A stretch of DNA of 64,000 nucleotides from an uncultured Bacteroidota bacterium (GTDB lineage Bacteria; Bacteroidota; Bacteroidia; Chitinophagales; Chitinophagaceae): assembly GCA_903829015.1 (NCBI GenBank), contig CAIKOJ010000098.1, positions 1,773 through 65,772 on the forward strand. The letters are read 5' to 3'. A program made the translations under genes and the position numbers. This document shows, one piece after another, positions 8,859 through 19,380 of this stretch. Each line of letters opens with the position of its first letter. Within the stretch, counting starts at the first letter, position 1. The notes beneath the pieces are model-generated. The model saw only the letters and a list, made by a program, of their open reading frames with translations, did no database searches and had not been told where the DNA came from.

Positions 8859-11429
8859 TTAATTCAAAGAATGTAAAAACTCGTCCAATTCAGAGTCCGA
8901 TTTAAAATATACTTCACGTGGTTTACTACCGTTAGCTGGTCCTACCACACCTGCTGCTTCCAGTTGATCCATGATGCGACCTGCACGATTATAGCCCAGG
9001 TTCAGGCGGCGCTGCAGGTTCGACGTAGAGCCCGACTGCATCTGCACTACAAGGCGTGCGCAGTCATCAAATAGTTTATCACGGTTCTTAAGATCCACTG
9101 CTTTGCCGCCGCCATCTTCGTCGTCCATTTCAGGTTCCGGAAGCGGGTGGGCACTTGGATAGCCGCGCTGGTCACCAATAAAATTAACAATTTCTTCAAC
9201 CTCAGGTGTGTCAACAAAGGCGCACTGCAGGCGGAGTAATTCACTGCCATGAGAAACAAGCATATCGCCGCGACCAATGAGCTGCTCCGCACCTCCTATG
9301 TCCAGAATGGTACGAGAGTCCACCTTCGCCGATACCTTAAATGCTATGCGCGCTGGGAAGTTTGCTTTAATAGTACCTGTAATTACATTCACCGACGGGC
9401 GCTGGGTAGCTATGATCAGGTGAATACCCACAGCTCTTGCAAGCTGTGCAAGCCTGGCAATCGGCATTTCCACTTCTTTCCCTGCAGTCATGATCAGATC
9501 CGCAAACTCATCTATTACCAGCACGATGAACGGAAGGTATTTATGCTCAGCCGGATTTTTGATCTTCCTGTTAACTATTTTTTCATTGTACTCTTTAATA
9601 TTTCTTGCTCCCGCTTCTTTCAGCAATTCGTAGCGGTTGTCCATTTCATCGCATAGTGCTTTTAGGGTGTAGATGGCTTTCTTGGTATCTGTGATGATAG
9701 GTTCGGTTTCGTTGGGCAATTTTGCAAGGAAGTGCTTCTCGATTTTCTTGTAAATAGATAACTCAACCTTCTTAGGGTCTATCATCACAAATTTTAATTG
9801 CGACGGATGTTTCTTGTATAGCAATGACACCAGTATCGCATTAATTCCCACCGACTTACCCTGCCCAGTGGCACCAGCCATCAAAAGGTGAGGCATGGTA
9901 GCCAGATCCACAATGTAGTTTTCGTTGTCTATCTTCTTACCTAGCGCAATTGGCAGGCTCATTTTGTTATTCACAAACTTATCGCTCGATAGCAACGCGC
10001 GCATAGGCACTATCTGCTTGTTGGCATTAGGTACTTCAATTCCTATCGTGCCTTTGCCTGGTATCGGTGCAATGATACGTATGCCTAGTGCAGCAAGGTT
10101 TAGTGCTATATCGTCTTCCAGATTCCTGATCTTTGAAATACGCACACCTTCCGCCGGCACAATCTCATACAATGTTACTGTAGGCCCCACTGTTGCGGTG
10201 ATTGTCTTGATCTCTATCCCAAAACTTTTCAGCGTAGTGATGATCTGGTCTTTATTTCTTTCCAGTTCTTCTTTATTCAGCGAAATGGCTTCCTGTACAC
10301 GGTCTTCGAGCAGGTCAAGGGTCGGGTACTTGTAGCTCCGCAAACTTTCTTCAGGTGCAAAAGGTTCATTGTCTGCAATAGAAATATGATCGCCGTGTTT
10401 GATCATCGGCTCTTCTACTTGCTTTACAACGTAAGAAAATTCAAGATCGTCTGTCTCTGATTTTTTACGCTGTTCATTTAACTCTTGTTCTTTTTCTTCA
10501 AGAAATTTATTGTATGCTGCTTCGTCTTCCGATAATTCTTCCTCAGCTTCTTCTTCCTGTATTTCCGGCTCTGGCTCTTCCTGTTGTTTCTCGGCTATGG
10601 TCATATTCCATTGCTTGTGCGCATCCGGTATACTGCCTGCTTTTGATGGTATCGGTACGCCGCCATAGTTAATATGCTCAGCGGTCATTTCGCTGTCCGA
10701 AACTTCCGGTTCTGTTGCAGTTTCTTCAGTGTATGTTTCAGTTTCTGTACTTCCTGCATTACTATTTATTGCTACCGGCTCAGGAGTAAGTGCATCTGAT
10801 ATTTTATGTGCGTGCGAACGCATTTTGCGAAGTAGTGGTTTCAGGTCAAGTGCAAAAATGACAAACACAAAAAACAATATTGTAGAGAGCAGTAACATGG
10901 CCGTACCCATGTATCCAAGCAAGCCATTCATGTATTCAATACTTGTCTTTCCCAATGCACCACCTATAGGGAATGTGGAGTCGGGCATAAGAAAAGTAAG
11001 GGTAGGCGCCACTAGCAAAAGAACAATACACAACCAACGTAAGTACCTCAATACCGGAGCCGCTTTTTGGTCATATATCATGTGGGTGCCCAGCGCAGCG
11101 ATAGCAATACCGATTACTAGTGAGGCGATACCCGCACCTTTAAATACCAGTTGGTGAGAAAGTGCCGCACCTAGCCTGCCGCCCCAGTTGGCAACCGGAC
11201 TATGATCATGTAGTAAAAACTGCCACATCGATTGGCCGGCGATCAGGTTGCTTTGGTCTGTACTCCAGGTAAAACAGTAGCTTATTATGGAAAAACAAAT
11301 AAATACGCCCGTAAGCATGAAGAAAATTCCAAATCCTAGCTGAATCTGGCGTTGTCTGTCAGCATGCAGAGGCACTGATTCCTCAGGCGTTGGTGTATTC
11401 GACTTGGTATTTTTGGATGATTTGGCCAT
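8859..11429 (-). CDS. ftsK: DNA translocase FtsK
   Basis: N-terminal TMs, acidic linker, AGATGQGKS Walker A, VIDEFAD, ATQRPS, gamma domain LQRRLNLGYNRAGR; start likely ATG 11429. Confidence 0.96.
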   Translation of the reverse strand: MAKSSKNTKSNTPTPEESVPLHADRQRQIQLGFGIFFMLTGVFICFSIISYCFTWSTDQSNLIAGQSMWQFLLHDHSPVANWGGRLGAALSHQLVFKGAGIASLVIGIAIAALGTHMIYDQKAAPVLRYLRWLCIVLLLVAPTLTFLMPDSTFPIGGALGKTSIEYMNGLLGYMGTAMLLLSTILFFVFVIFALDLKPLLRKMRSHAHKISDALTPEPVAINSNAGSTETETYTEETATEPEVSDSEMTAEHINYGGVPIPSKAGSIPDAHKQWNMTIAEKQQEEPEPEIQEEEAEEELSEDEAAYNKFLEEKEQELNEQRKKSETDDLEFSYVVKQVEEPMIKHGDHISIADNEPFAPEESLRSYKYPTLDLLEDRVQEAISLNKEELERNKDQIITTLKSFGIEIKTITATVGPTVTLYEIVPAEGVRISKIRNLEDDIALNLAALGIRIIAPIPGKGTIGIEVPNANKQIVPMRALLSSDKFVNNKMSLPIALGKKIDNENYIVDLATMPHLLMAGATGQGKSVGINAILVSLLYKKHPSQLKFVMIDPKKVELSIYKKIEKHFLAKLPNETEPIITDTKKAIYTLKALCDEMDNRYELLKEAGARNIKEYNEKIVNRKIKNPAEHKYLPFIVLVIDEFADLIMTAGKEVEMPIARLAQLARAVGIHLIIATQRPSVNVITGTIKANFPARIAFKVSAKVDSRTILDIGGAEQLIGRGDMLVSHGSELLRLQCAFVDTPEVEEIVNFIGDQRGYPSAHPLPEPEMDDEDGGGKAVDLKNRDKLFDDCARLVVQMQSGSTSNLQRRLNLGYNRAGRIMDQLEAAGVVGPANGSKPREVYFKSDSELDEFLHSLN

Positions 11430-12094
11430 TTTGGCTATAACGAAGTAAAAATACAATATTATTAAACCTAAATAGCTAAACCTGCAGCGAACTGAAATAT
11501 ATTTTAGAATAGAGTCAAATACAATATGAGAAACTATATAGGTCTATTTTAATTTCTGGAGCTAGCAAACGTTTTTCCTTTTTCTACTGTCTTTTAATCG
11601 ATACGTTAGTCTTGGTTCCAAATCGGTTACCTGCGCGGAAATTAGTTTACAAGGTAGCATGTGATTACTGTTTTTTGAGTTTTAATTAGCATTTATAATA
11701 GTTACAAACTTAGACAATATATTTTAAAAATAACACAATTAAGGCGTTTCAAACGGTCGGTTTTAATGCGAGGTAGATTGAGTTTTTTTGTTTTTTTATG
11801 CTGGTCTGAATAATTTTAATGTTATCTGCGTAAATGACGAATTTAAAATTTTGAGGAAAAGCATTGCTATTTTGAATTATTTCAGTATTTTCAACCGTTG
11901 GGGGAAGTGTTTTTTAACCTTTTACGCCGTATTTTGGTGTAGACGAAGTAGATACAATCCCGTTCTGGAATGCTTTGGCCAGTGATGTAGCTTATGTATT
12001 AAAAGCTGCCTGCGCAGGAAAAATATTCCGAAAACGTGGAAACACAACATTAATAAAGTAATTTTACAACGATAAACGATAATTAATTAATAAA

Positions 12095-13156
12095 ATGATC
12101 AGGAGAAATCTCATTGCTCGTTTAAGTGTAGCGGCAGCGCTTTTGTTGGCAGCACCTATAGCTTATTCCCAGGACATTCATTTTAGTCAATTCGACATGC
12201 AGCCGTTGGTTATCAATCCTGCATTCACAGGTATGTTTGCAGGTAAAGTGCGTGCAGGAGCCATTTACAGGAATCAATGGGCTAGCGTAACTGTACCTTA
12301 TGTAACGTACGGTGGTTATGTCGATTTGCCTTTGTTAATTGAGCGCAATGGAGATTATTTGTCAACAGGTTTACAGTTGTACAAAGATCAGGCTGGTGAT
12401 GGAAATTTGTCCAATTTCACAGGTTTGGTTTCAGTTGCTTACCATAAGTATTTTGGTGGTTATGGTAGTGCTGGTGAAACTGGAAGTGATCTGGCATTTG
12501 GTATCCAGGGTGGCTATGCTCAAAAGAGTATAGACCTTTCAAAGTTGTATTTTGGTGATGAATATAGCAATGGTCAGTTTACTCCGGGTCTTTCTCAGGA
12601 GTATCATTTGGGCATCGGAAATTCGATCAATTATTACCTGATCAACGCAGGTATTTGCTTCTCGCATGGTAGCCCTACTTTTGGTTATACCATTGGTGCT
12701 GCGGCTAATAACATTAATCAGCCTAATGATGCCATTGAAAAGAAGAAGAACAGCAAAACCGGTCTCGATATGCGTTATACCGGTGAGATTGGTGTTAACT
12801 GGATCACTGGTCCACGCCTGAGTCTGCGTCCTGCATTACTTTATCAAAGTCAGGCTACGGCAAGTGAAATTATCGTTGGTAACGAATTCCATTATGAGGT
12901 GGGCGAGAATACTGGTTACAGCAATTTTTCTACTGCCGTATTTTTGGGTGCTTGGTACCGCACCGGAGATGCTACTATGATAAGTGCTGGTGTTGAATTT
13001 AAAGGAATCCGTATTGGCATTGCATATGATTATAATATATCCTCTCTGAACACTTCTAGCAATGGTAATGGAGGTATGGAAATAGCTATTAAATATATAG
13101 CGCCTTACCCACTTAAATTCGCTAAAAACAGGACTATTCCTTGCTCTAGATTCTAA
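12095..13156 (+). CDS. PorP/SprF family type IX secretion system membrane protein
   Basis: QDIHFSQF...INPAFTG, YRNQW and GIAYDYNIS motifs. Confidence 0.9.
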   Translation: MIRRNLIARLSVAAALLLAAPIAYSQDIHFSQFDMQPLVINPAFTGMFAGKVRAGAIYRNQWASVTVPYVTYGGYVDLPLLIERNGDYLSTGLQLYKDQAGDGNLSNFTGLVSVAYHKYFGGYGSAGETGSDLAFGIQGGYAQKSIDLSKLYFGDEYSNGQFTPGLSQEYHLGIGNSINYYLINAGICFSHGSPTFGYTIGAAANNINQPNDAIEKKKNSKTGLDMRYTGEIGVNWITGPRLSLRPALLYQSQATASEIIVGNEFHYEVGENTGYSNFSTAVFLGAWYRTGDATMISAGVEFKGIRIGIAYDYNISSLNTSSNGNGGMEIAIKYIAPYPLKFAKNRTIPCSRF

Positions 13157-13177
13157 GAAAAAAACAGATAATCAGGT

Positions 13178-13214
13178 GAAGGGCTAAAGATTTTTTTAAA
13201 AGCCCTTCTTTTTT
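13178..13214 (+). terminator. Rho-independent terminator-like hairpin between the porP-like and porE-like genes
   Basis: GAAGGGCT...AGCCCTTC stem followed by a T-run. Confidence 0.6.
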
Positions 13215-13260
13215 TTAAAACCAAGTTATACTTTTATATCCATTAACAACGCTCACGCAC

Positions 13261-15510
13261 ATGAGAAAAAATTGGCTGTTTATTATTTTTGTGACATTAC
13301 TTGTTGCTGCTCAATATGATTCTGTTGCGCAGACTCAAAATACCAGAAAGTATAGAAACAAGGCAAATGATCCAGTAGGAAAGTTATCTGATATCAGAAA
13401 ACTGAAGTGGGCCGATGATCTGTTCAGGCAGGGTAGTTATTTTAACGCCATCGATTATTATCAGCAGCTAAAAGCTAATGATGAAAGAAATCCTATGTTA
13501 ACTTATCAGCTCGCATATTGCTATAGGGCAACGCGTGACTATGTGCCTTCTGCGCATTACTATATGGAAGCATATGATCTGGGTAAGAAAATATATCCGC
13601 TGTCAGCGTATTATGCAGGCCAAATGCTTAAACAGCAAGGCGAGTATCAGCTGGCTATTGTGTGGTTCAATAAATTCCTGGAAGACAACAAAAAGATTTC
13701 TGCAGCAGGTGGAAACAAAGATGCAAATATTGATCCGGTTATCCTTAATAATGTAGACAGGACTCAGGCTCCTAAAACAATGAAGGATCTGAAGAAGAAA
13801 GCTAAAGTTGAGGTGGAAGGATGTCTTATGGCTATACAGTCAATTAAAAATCCTGAGGCCGTAACCATGTTAAATGCAGGTCCAAATGTAAACACTATTT
13901 ATACTGAACTTTCTCCGTTGCCACTTGGCGACTCTGCTCTGTTGTTTGCTACTATGGGTCGCAATGCCGTGATCGAAGCTAATATTTATGACAAGCTTCA
14001 TTATAAAGAGCATTTCCTGTATTCACACAAACAACCTGGTCCGGTTGTCGATTCTTTCCAATGGCCTTTACCTTTCTACGACGGAAATTTCAACGATCCT
14101 AATGAGCATACAGCGAACGGTTGTTTTGCACCTGGTGGAGATAGGTTCTATTTCTCAAAATGTAGTGAAGGAGATACAATGATTTTCACCTGCAGGATTT
14201 TTGTTTCTAAATTTGCAGCAGAACATTGGGGACCTGCAGAATTGGTTCCTGGTAACGTGAACGAAGAAGGATCATCAAACACAATGCCATGGATCGCTAA
14301 GGTGGGTAAGAAAGAAGTATTATTCTTCTCGTCTAACCGTAAGCTTCAAGGTAGGGGTGGATATGATATCTGGTACTCAGTTGTTGATCCTCGTAACGGT
14401 TCTTACCGTCGTCCTCAAAACTGTGGTAAGAAAATCAATACTACAGGCGATGAGATTACTCCATACTACGACTCTCGCGTAAACAAACTTTACTTCGCAA
14501 CAAATGGTTTGAAGTCTTTCGGTGGTTTTGATATTTATTCTGCTGATGGTGGTCCTTCACGTTATACTGCTGTAAACAATCTGGGTTATCCAATCAACAC
14601 ATCGGCCGATGAGTTGTACTATGTAAAAGATCCGGTTGGTAAACCAGATGCTTATGTGGTTTCTAACCGTATCGGTTCTTTTGCTTTGAAAAATCCTACC
14701 TGCTGTAACGATATCTGGAGGATTCAGAATGAACCTAAACTGACAATTATTGGTAAAGTACTGAGCAAGAAAACTCAGGACCTTATGCCACAGACAGTTG
14801 TTAAGATGACTGATCAGAAAGGAGAAATGAATACCTATAATTCAGAAGATGGTAATTTCATTTTCCATATTGCTCGTACACACTCTTATATCCTCACTGG
14901 CGATAAGCCAGGTTATACATCAACACGTGCATCTGTTAGCACAATGGAAATCAAGCGCTCTGATCCAGATGATACTGTAATTGTAACTATCTATCTGGAC
15001 AGCATCAAGAACAGCTTCAGCGTTCATAATATTTACTATGATTACGATAAAGCAACTCTTCGTCCGGAATCAGTAGCTTCATTGGATTCAGTTGTACATT
15101 TCCTCGCTGATAACCCATCGATCACTGTAGAAATTTATTCTTATACCGATTCAAAAGGTAAAGACGAATACAACCTCGCACTTTCTCAGCGTCGTGCACA
15201 GTCGGTGCTTGACTATCTGGAAAAAGGTGGTATAGACAGGAACAGGCTTACAGCAAAAGGATTTGGTGCTAAAAATGCTGCTGCGCCTAATGCAGTTGAA
15301 GGAAAGGATAATCCTGAAGGACGCCAGCTTAACCGTCGTACAGAATTCAGGATCATCACTGACGTACCAACAAGGCGTGTATTGTATAACAGTGCATTGA
15401 AGGGTACAATGGATGAACAACAGAAAAATCTGAGCGTAAATCCTGAAGAAGATGATGAGCCTGCTTCTCCTGGTAAAAAACCAGCTAAAGCAGACAATAA
15501 CGACGATTAA
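13261..15510 (+). CDS. OmpA-family protein with TPR, PD40 and OmpA_C domains (PorE-like)
   Basis: TPR-like N-terminus, FFSSNR..GRGGYDIW PD40 motifs, YTDSKG..YNLALSQRRA and NRRTEF; adjacent to the porP-like gene. Confidence 0.88.
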   Translation: MRKNWLFIIFVTLLVAAQYDSVAQTQNTRKYRNKANDPVGKLSDIRKLKWADDLFRQGSYFNAIDYYQQLKANDERNPMLTYQLAYCYRATRDYVPSAHYYMEAYDLGKKIYPLSAYYAGQMLKQQGEYQLAIVWFNKFLEDNKKISAAGGNKDANIDPVILNNVDRTQAPKTMKDLKKKAKVEVEGCLMAIQSIKNPEAVTMLNAGPNVNTIYTELSPLPLGDSALLFATMGRNAVIEANIYDKLHYKEHFLYSHKQPGPVVDSFQWPLPFYDGNFNDPNEHTANGCFAPGGDRFYFSKCSEGDTMIFTCRIFVSKFAAEHWGPAELVPGNVNEEGSSNTMPWIAKVGKKEVLFFSSNRKLQGRGGYDIWYSVVDPRNGSYRRPQNCGKKINTTGDEITPYYDSRVNKLYFATNGLKSFGGFDIYSADGGPSRYTAVNNLGYPINTSADELYYVKDPVGKPDAYVVSNRIGSFALKNPTCCNDIWRIQNEPKLTIIGKVLSKKTQDLMPQTVVKMTDQKGEMNTYNSEDGNFIFHIARTHSYILTGDKPGYTSTRASVSTMEIKRSDPDDTVIVTIYLDSIKNSFSVHNIYYDYDKATLRPESVASLDSVVHFLADNPSITVEIYSYTDSKGKDEYNLALSQRRAQSVLDYLEKGGIDRNRLTAKGFGAKNAAAPNAVEGKDNPEGRQLNRRTEFRIITDVPTRRVLYNSALKGTMDEQQKNLSVNPEEDDEPASPGKKPAKADNNDD

Positions 15511-15588
15511 TTTTTTCGATTATAGATTTCTCACAGAAATAAAGGTTGCACATTTGTGTAACCTTTATTGATTTAAACACATACAATT

Positions 15589-15843
15589 ATGCCGGAAATC
15601 TTAGTAATAATAATCATCGGAGCAATTGCTGGATGGCTTGCCGGAATGATAGTAAATTCAGACAGCAGCAGCCTGCTGCTGGATATTGTTATTGGAATTG
15701 TTGGAGGGTATATTGGGCAGAGGCTGTTCCATAATATGCTCAATATTACAGGCAATCACTGGATCAACCTGATCATTACCGCAACAGCCGGCGGCGCAAT
15801 TCTCGCGCTGGTAATTAAACTCATTAGAAGGGGAACCAGGTAG
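15589..15843 (+). CDS. GlsB/YeaQ/YmgE family (transglycosylase-associated) membrane protein
   Basis: IIGAIAGWLAG...DIVIGIVGGYIG pattern. Confidence 0.85.
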   Translation: MPEILVIIIIGAIAGWLAGMIVNSDSSSLLLDIVIGIVGGYIGQRLFHNMLNITGNHWINLIITATAGGAILALVIKLIRRGTR

Positions 15844-15863
15844 TACGGTTTCTCAACAAATAT

Positions 15864-16676
15864 ATGGTACATACCAAAGTAGTTTTCGCAGTAAACAGTG
15901 CGGAGCAGAGTGATATGCTGCTGGCCCAGTTGTTGACCCTTGGGTTCGATGGATTTGAGGAATCCGACGGGCGGTTATTGGCTTACATAGACAGTGTTCA
16001 ATTCGACGAATCAGCAATCAATTCGCTGGCAGCTGAATTGGGGATCAGTTTTGAGACCGAAGCTGTTCCATCTCAAAACTGGAACGAAGTTTGGGAATCT
16101 AACTTCTCACCGGTAGTTGTAGAAGGATTCTGTACCATCAGAGCCGATTTCCACGACATTAAGGTCGATACTCCCTACGAAATAGTCATTACGCCCAAAA
16201 TGTCTTTTGGTACAGGGCACCATGCTACTACGCAATTGGTGATGTTGATGATGAAGGACGTGCAGATGAAAGGGCTTTCGGTGCTGGACTTTGGTGCAGG
16301 TACCGGTGTATTGGCTATTATGGCCGAAAAATTAGGTGCCGGTCCGATAATGGCTATAGATAACGACGACTGGTGCGTTGAGAATGCAACTGAAAACATT
16401 GCTAGAAACAAATGCACCCAGATAATTGTTAAAAAAGGATCCCTGGAGATAGCGGATAATTACGATATGATATTAGCTAATATCAACAGGCACATTTTGC
16501 TGCAGTACATGCCCATGCTGGCTACTAAGTTAGTGCAAGGCGGACTGATCATTATGAGTGGTTTGCTTGTTGAGGACAGGGAAATTATCACCTCTTCAGC
16601 CGAAAATAATGGGTTTAAAAGCGCCAGATACATGGAGCAAAATGGCTGGATTGCCCTTGAATTTATTAAGTTGTGA
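15864..16676 (+). CDS. prmA: Ribosomal protein L11 methyltransferase
   Basis: PKMSFGTGHHATT, VLDFGAGTGVLAI and ILANINR motifs. Confidence 0.95.
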   Translation: MVHTKVVFAVNSAEQSDMLLAQLLTLGFDGFEESDGRLLAYIDSVQFDESAINSLAAELGISFETEAVPSQNWNEVWESNFSPVVVEGFCTIRADFHDIKVDTPYEIVITPKMSFGTGHHATTQLVMLMMKDVQMKGLSVLDFGAGTGVLAIMAEKLGAGPIMAIDNDDWCVENATENIARNKCTQIIVKKGSLEIADNYDMILANINRHILLQYMPMLATKLVQGGLIIMSGLLVEDREIITSSAENNGFKSARYMEQNGWIALEFIKL

Positions 16677-16791
16677 TTAATATTTAAATGTTAAAATTCC
16701 GGTCTAACGGATTCATAATTGTGAGTATTGGCATTAGGATATTTGAAAGGGAACGATTATTTTTGTTTTCCCCCATAATCAGCAAGCAGTA

Positions 16792-17436
16792 ATGACACTA
16801 GCAATTCTTCTAATTATAGCATATCTGATCGGCTCTATTCCAACTGCCGTTTGGGTAAGTAAGTGGGTTTTTGGTATAGACATCAGGGAGCATGGAAGTG
16901 GTAATTCAGGTGCTACAAATGCGTTCAGAATATTAGGTTCAAAAGCCGGCGCTGCAGTAATGACTATTGACATGTTCAAAGGGTTTATCGCGGTTAAATT
17001 AGCCCTATTCTCTTCCCTGGTACCTCAAAGCGAACCTTTTGTGAATCTTCAGATTTTCTTAGGGCTTATGGCTGTGCTTGGTCATATCTTCCCTATATGG
17101 GCAGATTTCCGTGGCGGTAAGGGAATTGCCTCGCTTTTCGGTATGATACTTTCAATACAGTGGAGTGTGGCTGTGAGCCTGGTGTTGGTGTTTCTACTAA
17201 TGCTCATTATTACACGCTACGTATCGTTAAGTTCTATCGCGGCTAGTATCGCATTCCCTTTGCTCATCTTGTCTATTTTCAGCGCTCATGCACAGGAACT
17301 GAGTTATCGGCTTTTTGCTATTGCGACAGCCTTTCTTGTAGTGCTTACGCATCACAAGAATATCAGCCGCCTGATAAGTGGTAATGAAAGTAAGGTGCCG
17401 CTGTTCCGCAGGCGCCGAACAAACGACGGTCATTAG
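16792..17436 (+). CDS. plsY: Glycerol-3-phosphate 1-O-acyltransferase
   Basis: GSGNSGATN, GHIFP..FRGGKG and HHKNI motifs. Confidence 0.95.
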   Translation: MTLAILLIIAYLIGSIPTAVWVSKWVFGIDIREHGSGNSGATNAFRILGSKAGAAVMTIDMFKGFIAVKLALFSSLVPQSEPFVNLQIFLGLMAVLGHIFPIWADFRGGKGIASLFGMILSIQWSVAVSLVLVFLLMLIITRYVSLSSIAASIAFPLLILSIFSAHAQELSYRLFAIATAFLVVLTHHKNISRLISGNESKVPLFRRRRTNDGH

Positions 17437-17592
17437 CGCTTCCGAAAGGCATTCATCACCTGCATTGTTTATTCCCTTTACACAACATAAAGTGAGCTTC
17501 CGGTTTCGTTGGATGCCCTCTGTTTTACTTTCCGTTCTTTAGTGTATTTTTGATCGATTCCTTCTTGCGTATTTAACTGATAGCGTATCAAC

Positions 17593-18243
17593 ATACCCGT
17601 ATATAAAAGACTGCTGAGTTACCTGTATCCTGTACCCTTAAGGCGCGGAGTCGGTGAGTACAACGAGCTGCTGGAAGTAAGCCTGTATTTTAACCAGTTT
17701 CAGCTCGCTGATAAGGATGCTTTATACTCCGACGGCGACAGGTATTTACCTGCGGTCCTGGCTTTAAAAGGGTTGAAGCAGCACCTTCCCAATATTAAGC
17801 AGGTACTTACTTTAGGATCCGGGCTGGCAAGCATTGTTCACGTCTTTGAAAGTAAAGGATACACGCCAAAATTCACCCTTGTAGAAAAAGACAAAGTAGT
17901 GCTGAACTGGGCAACTGAACTTATGCCTGCCGGGATGGCCGCTAGGGTTGTACCCATCTGCGCCGATGCCTCAGTATTCATGGAAAGGAACACCGATAAA
18001 TTTGACCTTATTTTTTGCGATATTTTTATTGGCAGGGTAGTGCCCGACTTCGTAATAACCGAGCAATTCTTTAGTCAGTGCAAAAACTCACTCAGCCCCG
18101 GTGGGCACATTGCCTTCAACTACCTGATAAATAATCCCGGCGAATGGGAAAAGGCGCAGCAGGTTTTTGCCTCCGTCTTTCCGGATCATATAGTACATAA
18201 GTCCGGAATGAACCGGGTGATTATTGGTTCGGCAAAAAGCTAA
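17593..18243 (+). CDS. Spermidine synthase-like class I SAM methyltransferase (start codon unresolved)
   Basis: VLTLGSGLAS, VEKD and FDLIFCDIF motifs; frame is open from 17584 and reads YKRLLSYLYP...YNELLEVSL, upstream of the ORF-track TTG at 17773. Confidence 0.75.
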   Translation: MPVYKRLLSYLYPVPLRRGVGEYNELLEVSLYFNQFQLADKDALYSDGDRYLPAVLALKGLKQHLPNIKQVLTLGSGLASIVHVFESKGYTPKFTLVEKDKVVLNWATELMPAGMAARVVPICADASVFMERNTDKFDLIFCDIFIGRVVPDFVITEQFFSQCKNSLSPGGHIAFNYLINNPGEWEKAQQVFASVFPDHIVHKSGMNRVIIGSAKS

Positions 18244-18245
18244 GA

Positions 18246-19208
18246 TCAGATGTGTAGCTTGGCGCTTTGTATGCGCAGTACCTTTCTGTTCTTTTTCTGA
18301 ACGCGCATTTTCTCTGGCACCAGCAACAGTATCTCATCCATTAGCGTTTGCAGGATGCTCATGCGTACAAAGTGGCCGTTGGTTACCAGGCTTACTTCGC
18401 GCACAGGTTCCGGATCTTCGAAGTATCTGATACGCTCTATCTGATCTTCAGTGAATTCCAGTGTAGCCAGCTCGGGCAGTACTGTCATACCGCCGTTCTT
18501 TTCTACCATGCGGCGCAGCGTTTCTACGTTGCTCGACTCGTAGCGGTAAGGGCGCTCTCCCTGCATTTTCTGTACCTGCTCGCTGCAAAGATTAATGATC
18601 TGATTGCGCATACAATGCCCCTCATTGAGCAACCAGATACGGTCTAGTGCTATATCATCTGGGGTGATGGTGCGTTTTTTCAAAGCTGGTTCGCCATCGG
18701 AAAAATAGCCTACAAATGTTTCGTAAAACAGTGGGTACTCTTTTATGTCTTTCTCTTCAAGCGGCGTACTCAGTAATGCAGCATCGATCTCGTTGTTGCG
18801 CAGTGCCAGTATAATCTGGTTGGTTTCCATCTCAGATGCATGCAACTTGATGGAAGGATATTTTTTAGAATAGTTCTCCAGCAGACCCGGTAAAATATTT
18901 GGTGCAACAGTTGGTATTGCCGCAAACCTAAACACCCCTGAGATTGCCTTTTGCTGTGTTTGTATGATCTCGTGGATACGCTCACACTCTGCAAGGGCAA
19001 TGCGTCCCTGCGCAACTATTAGTTCACCCATATCTGTGATAGCAATTGGATGCTTGTTACGGTCGAAGATCCTAACGCCAAGCTCATCCTCCAGTTTCTG
19101 GATCTGCATGCTCAATGTAGGCTGCGTAACAAAACATTTTTCTGCGGCAGCTACGAAACTTTTGTAGGTGGCCACTGCTACTACGTACTCAATCTGGGTG
19201 ATCGTCAT
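18246..19208 (-). CDS. oxyR: LysR family regulator, OxyR-like
   Basis: MTITQIEY...CFVTQPTLS HTH; LLNEGHCMRNQ..LC with the peroxide-sensing Cys pair; start ATG 19208. Confidence 0.85.
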   Translation of the reverse strand: MTITQIEYVVAVATYKSFVAAAEKCFVTQPTLSMQIQKLEDELGVRIFDRNKHPIAITDMGELIVAQGRIALAECERIHEIIQTQQKAISGVFRFAAIPTVAPNILPGLLENYSKKYPSIKLHASEMETNQIILALRNNEIDAALLSTPLEEKDIKEYPLFYETFVGYFSDGEPALKKRTITPDDIALDRIWLLNEGHCMRNQIINLCSEQVQKMQGERPYRYESSNVETLRRMVEKNGGMTVLPELATLEFTEDQIERIRYFEDPEPVREVSLVTNGHFVRMSILQTLMDEILLLVPEKMRVQKKNRKVLRIQSAKLHI

Positions 19209-19380
19209 GGAGGGAAATTTTGACAAATATACATTTATAAATGATATAGTCAAAATCTATAGCGAGCTTTTAACATTAAAATATTATCCGTCAAAACACA
19301 CATATTTCAATATGTGTTTTGCCCGGTAGCTTTATAGATACCTGAAAATCAATGGTATTTTCAAAAAGCTTCTAATCTTC

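Noticed and set aside
11460-12090. Hidden ncRNA or small gene in the long ftsK-porP intergenic region
   Set aside because: AT-rich with no strong stems or coding pattern; consistent with divergent promoters. The 65-aa ORF at 11788 looks spurious.
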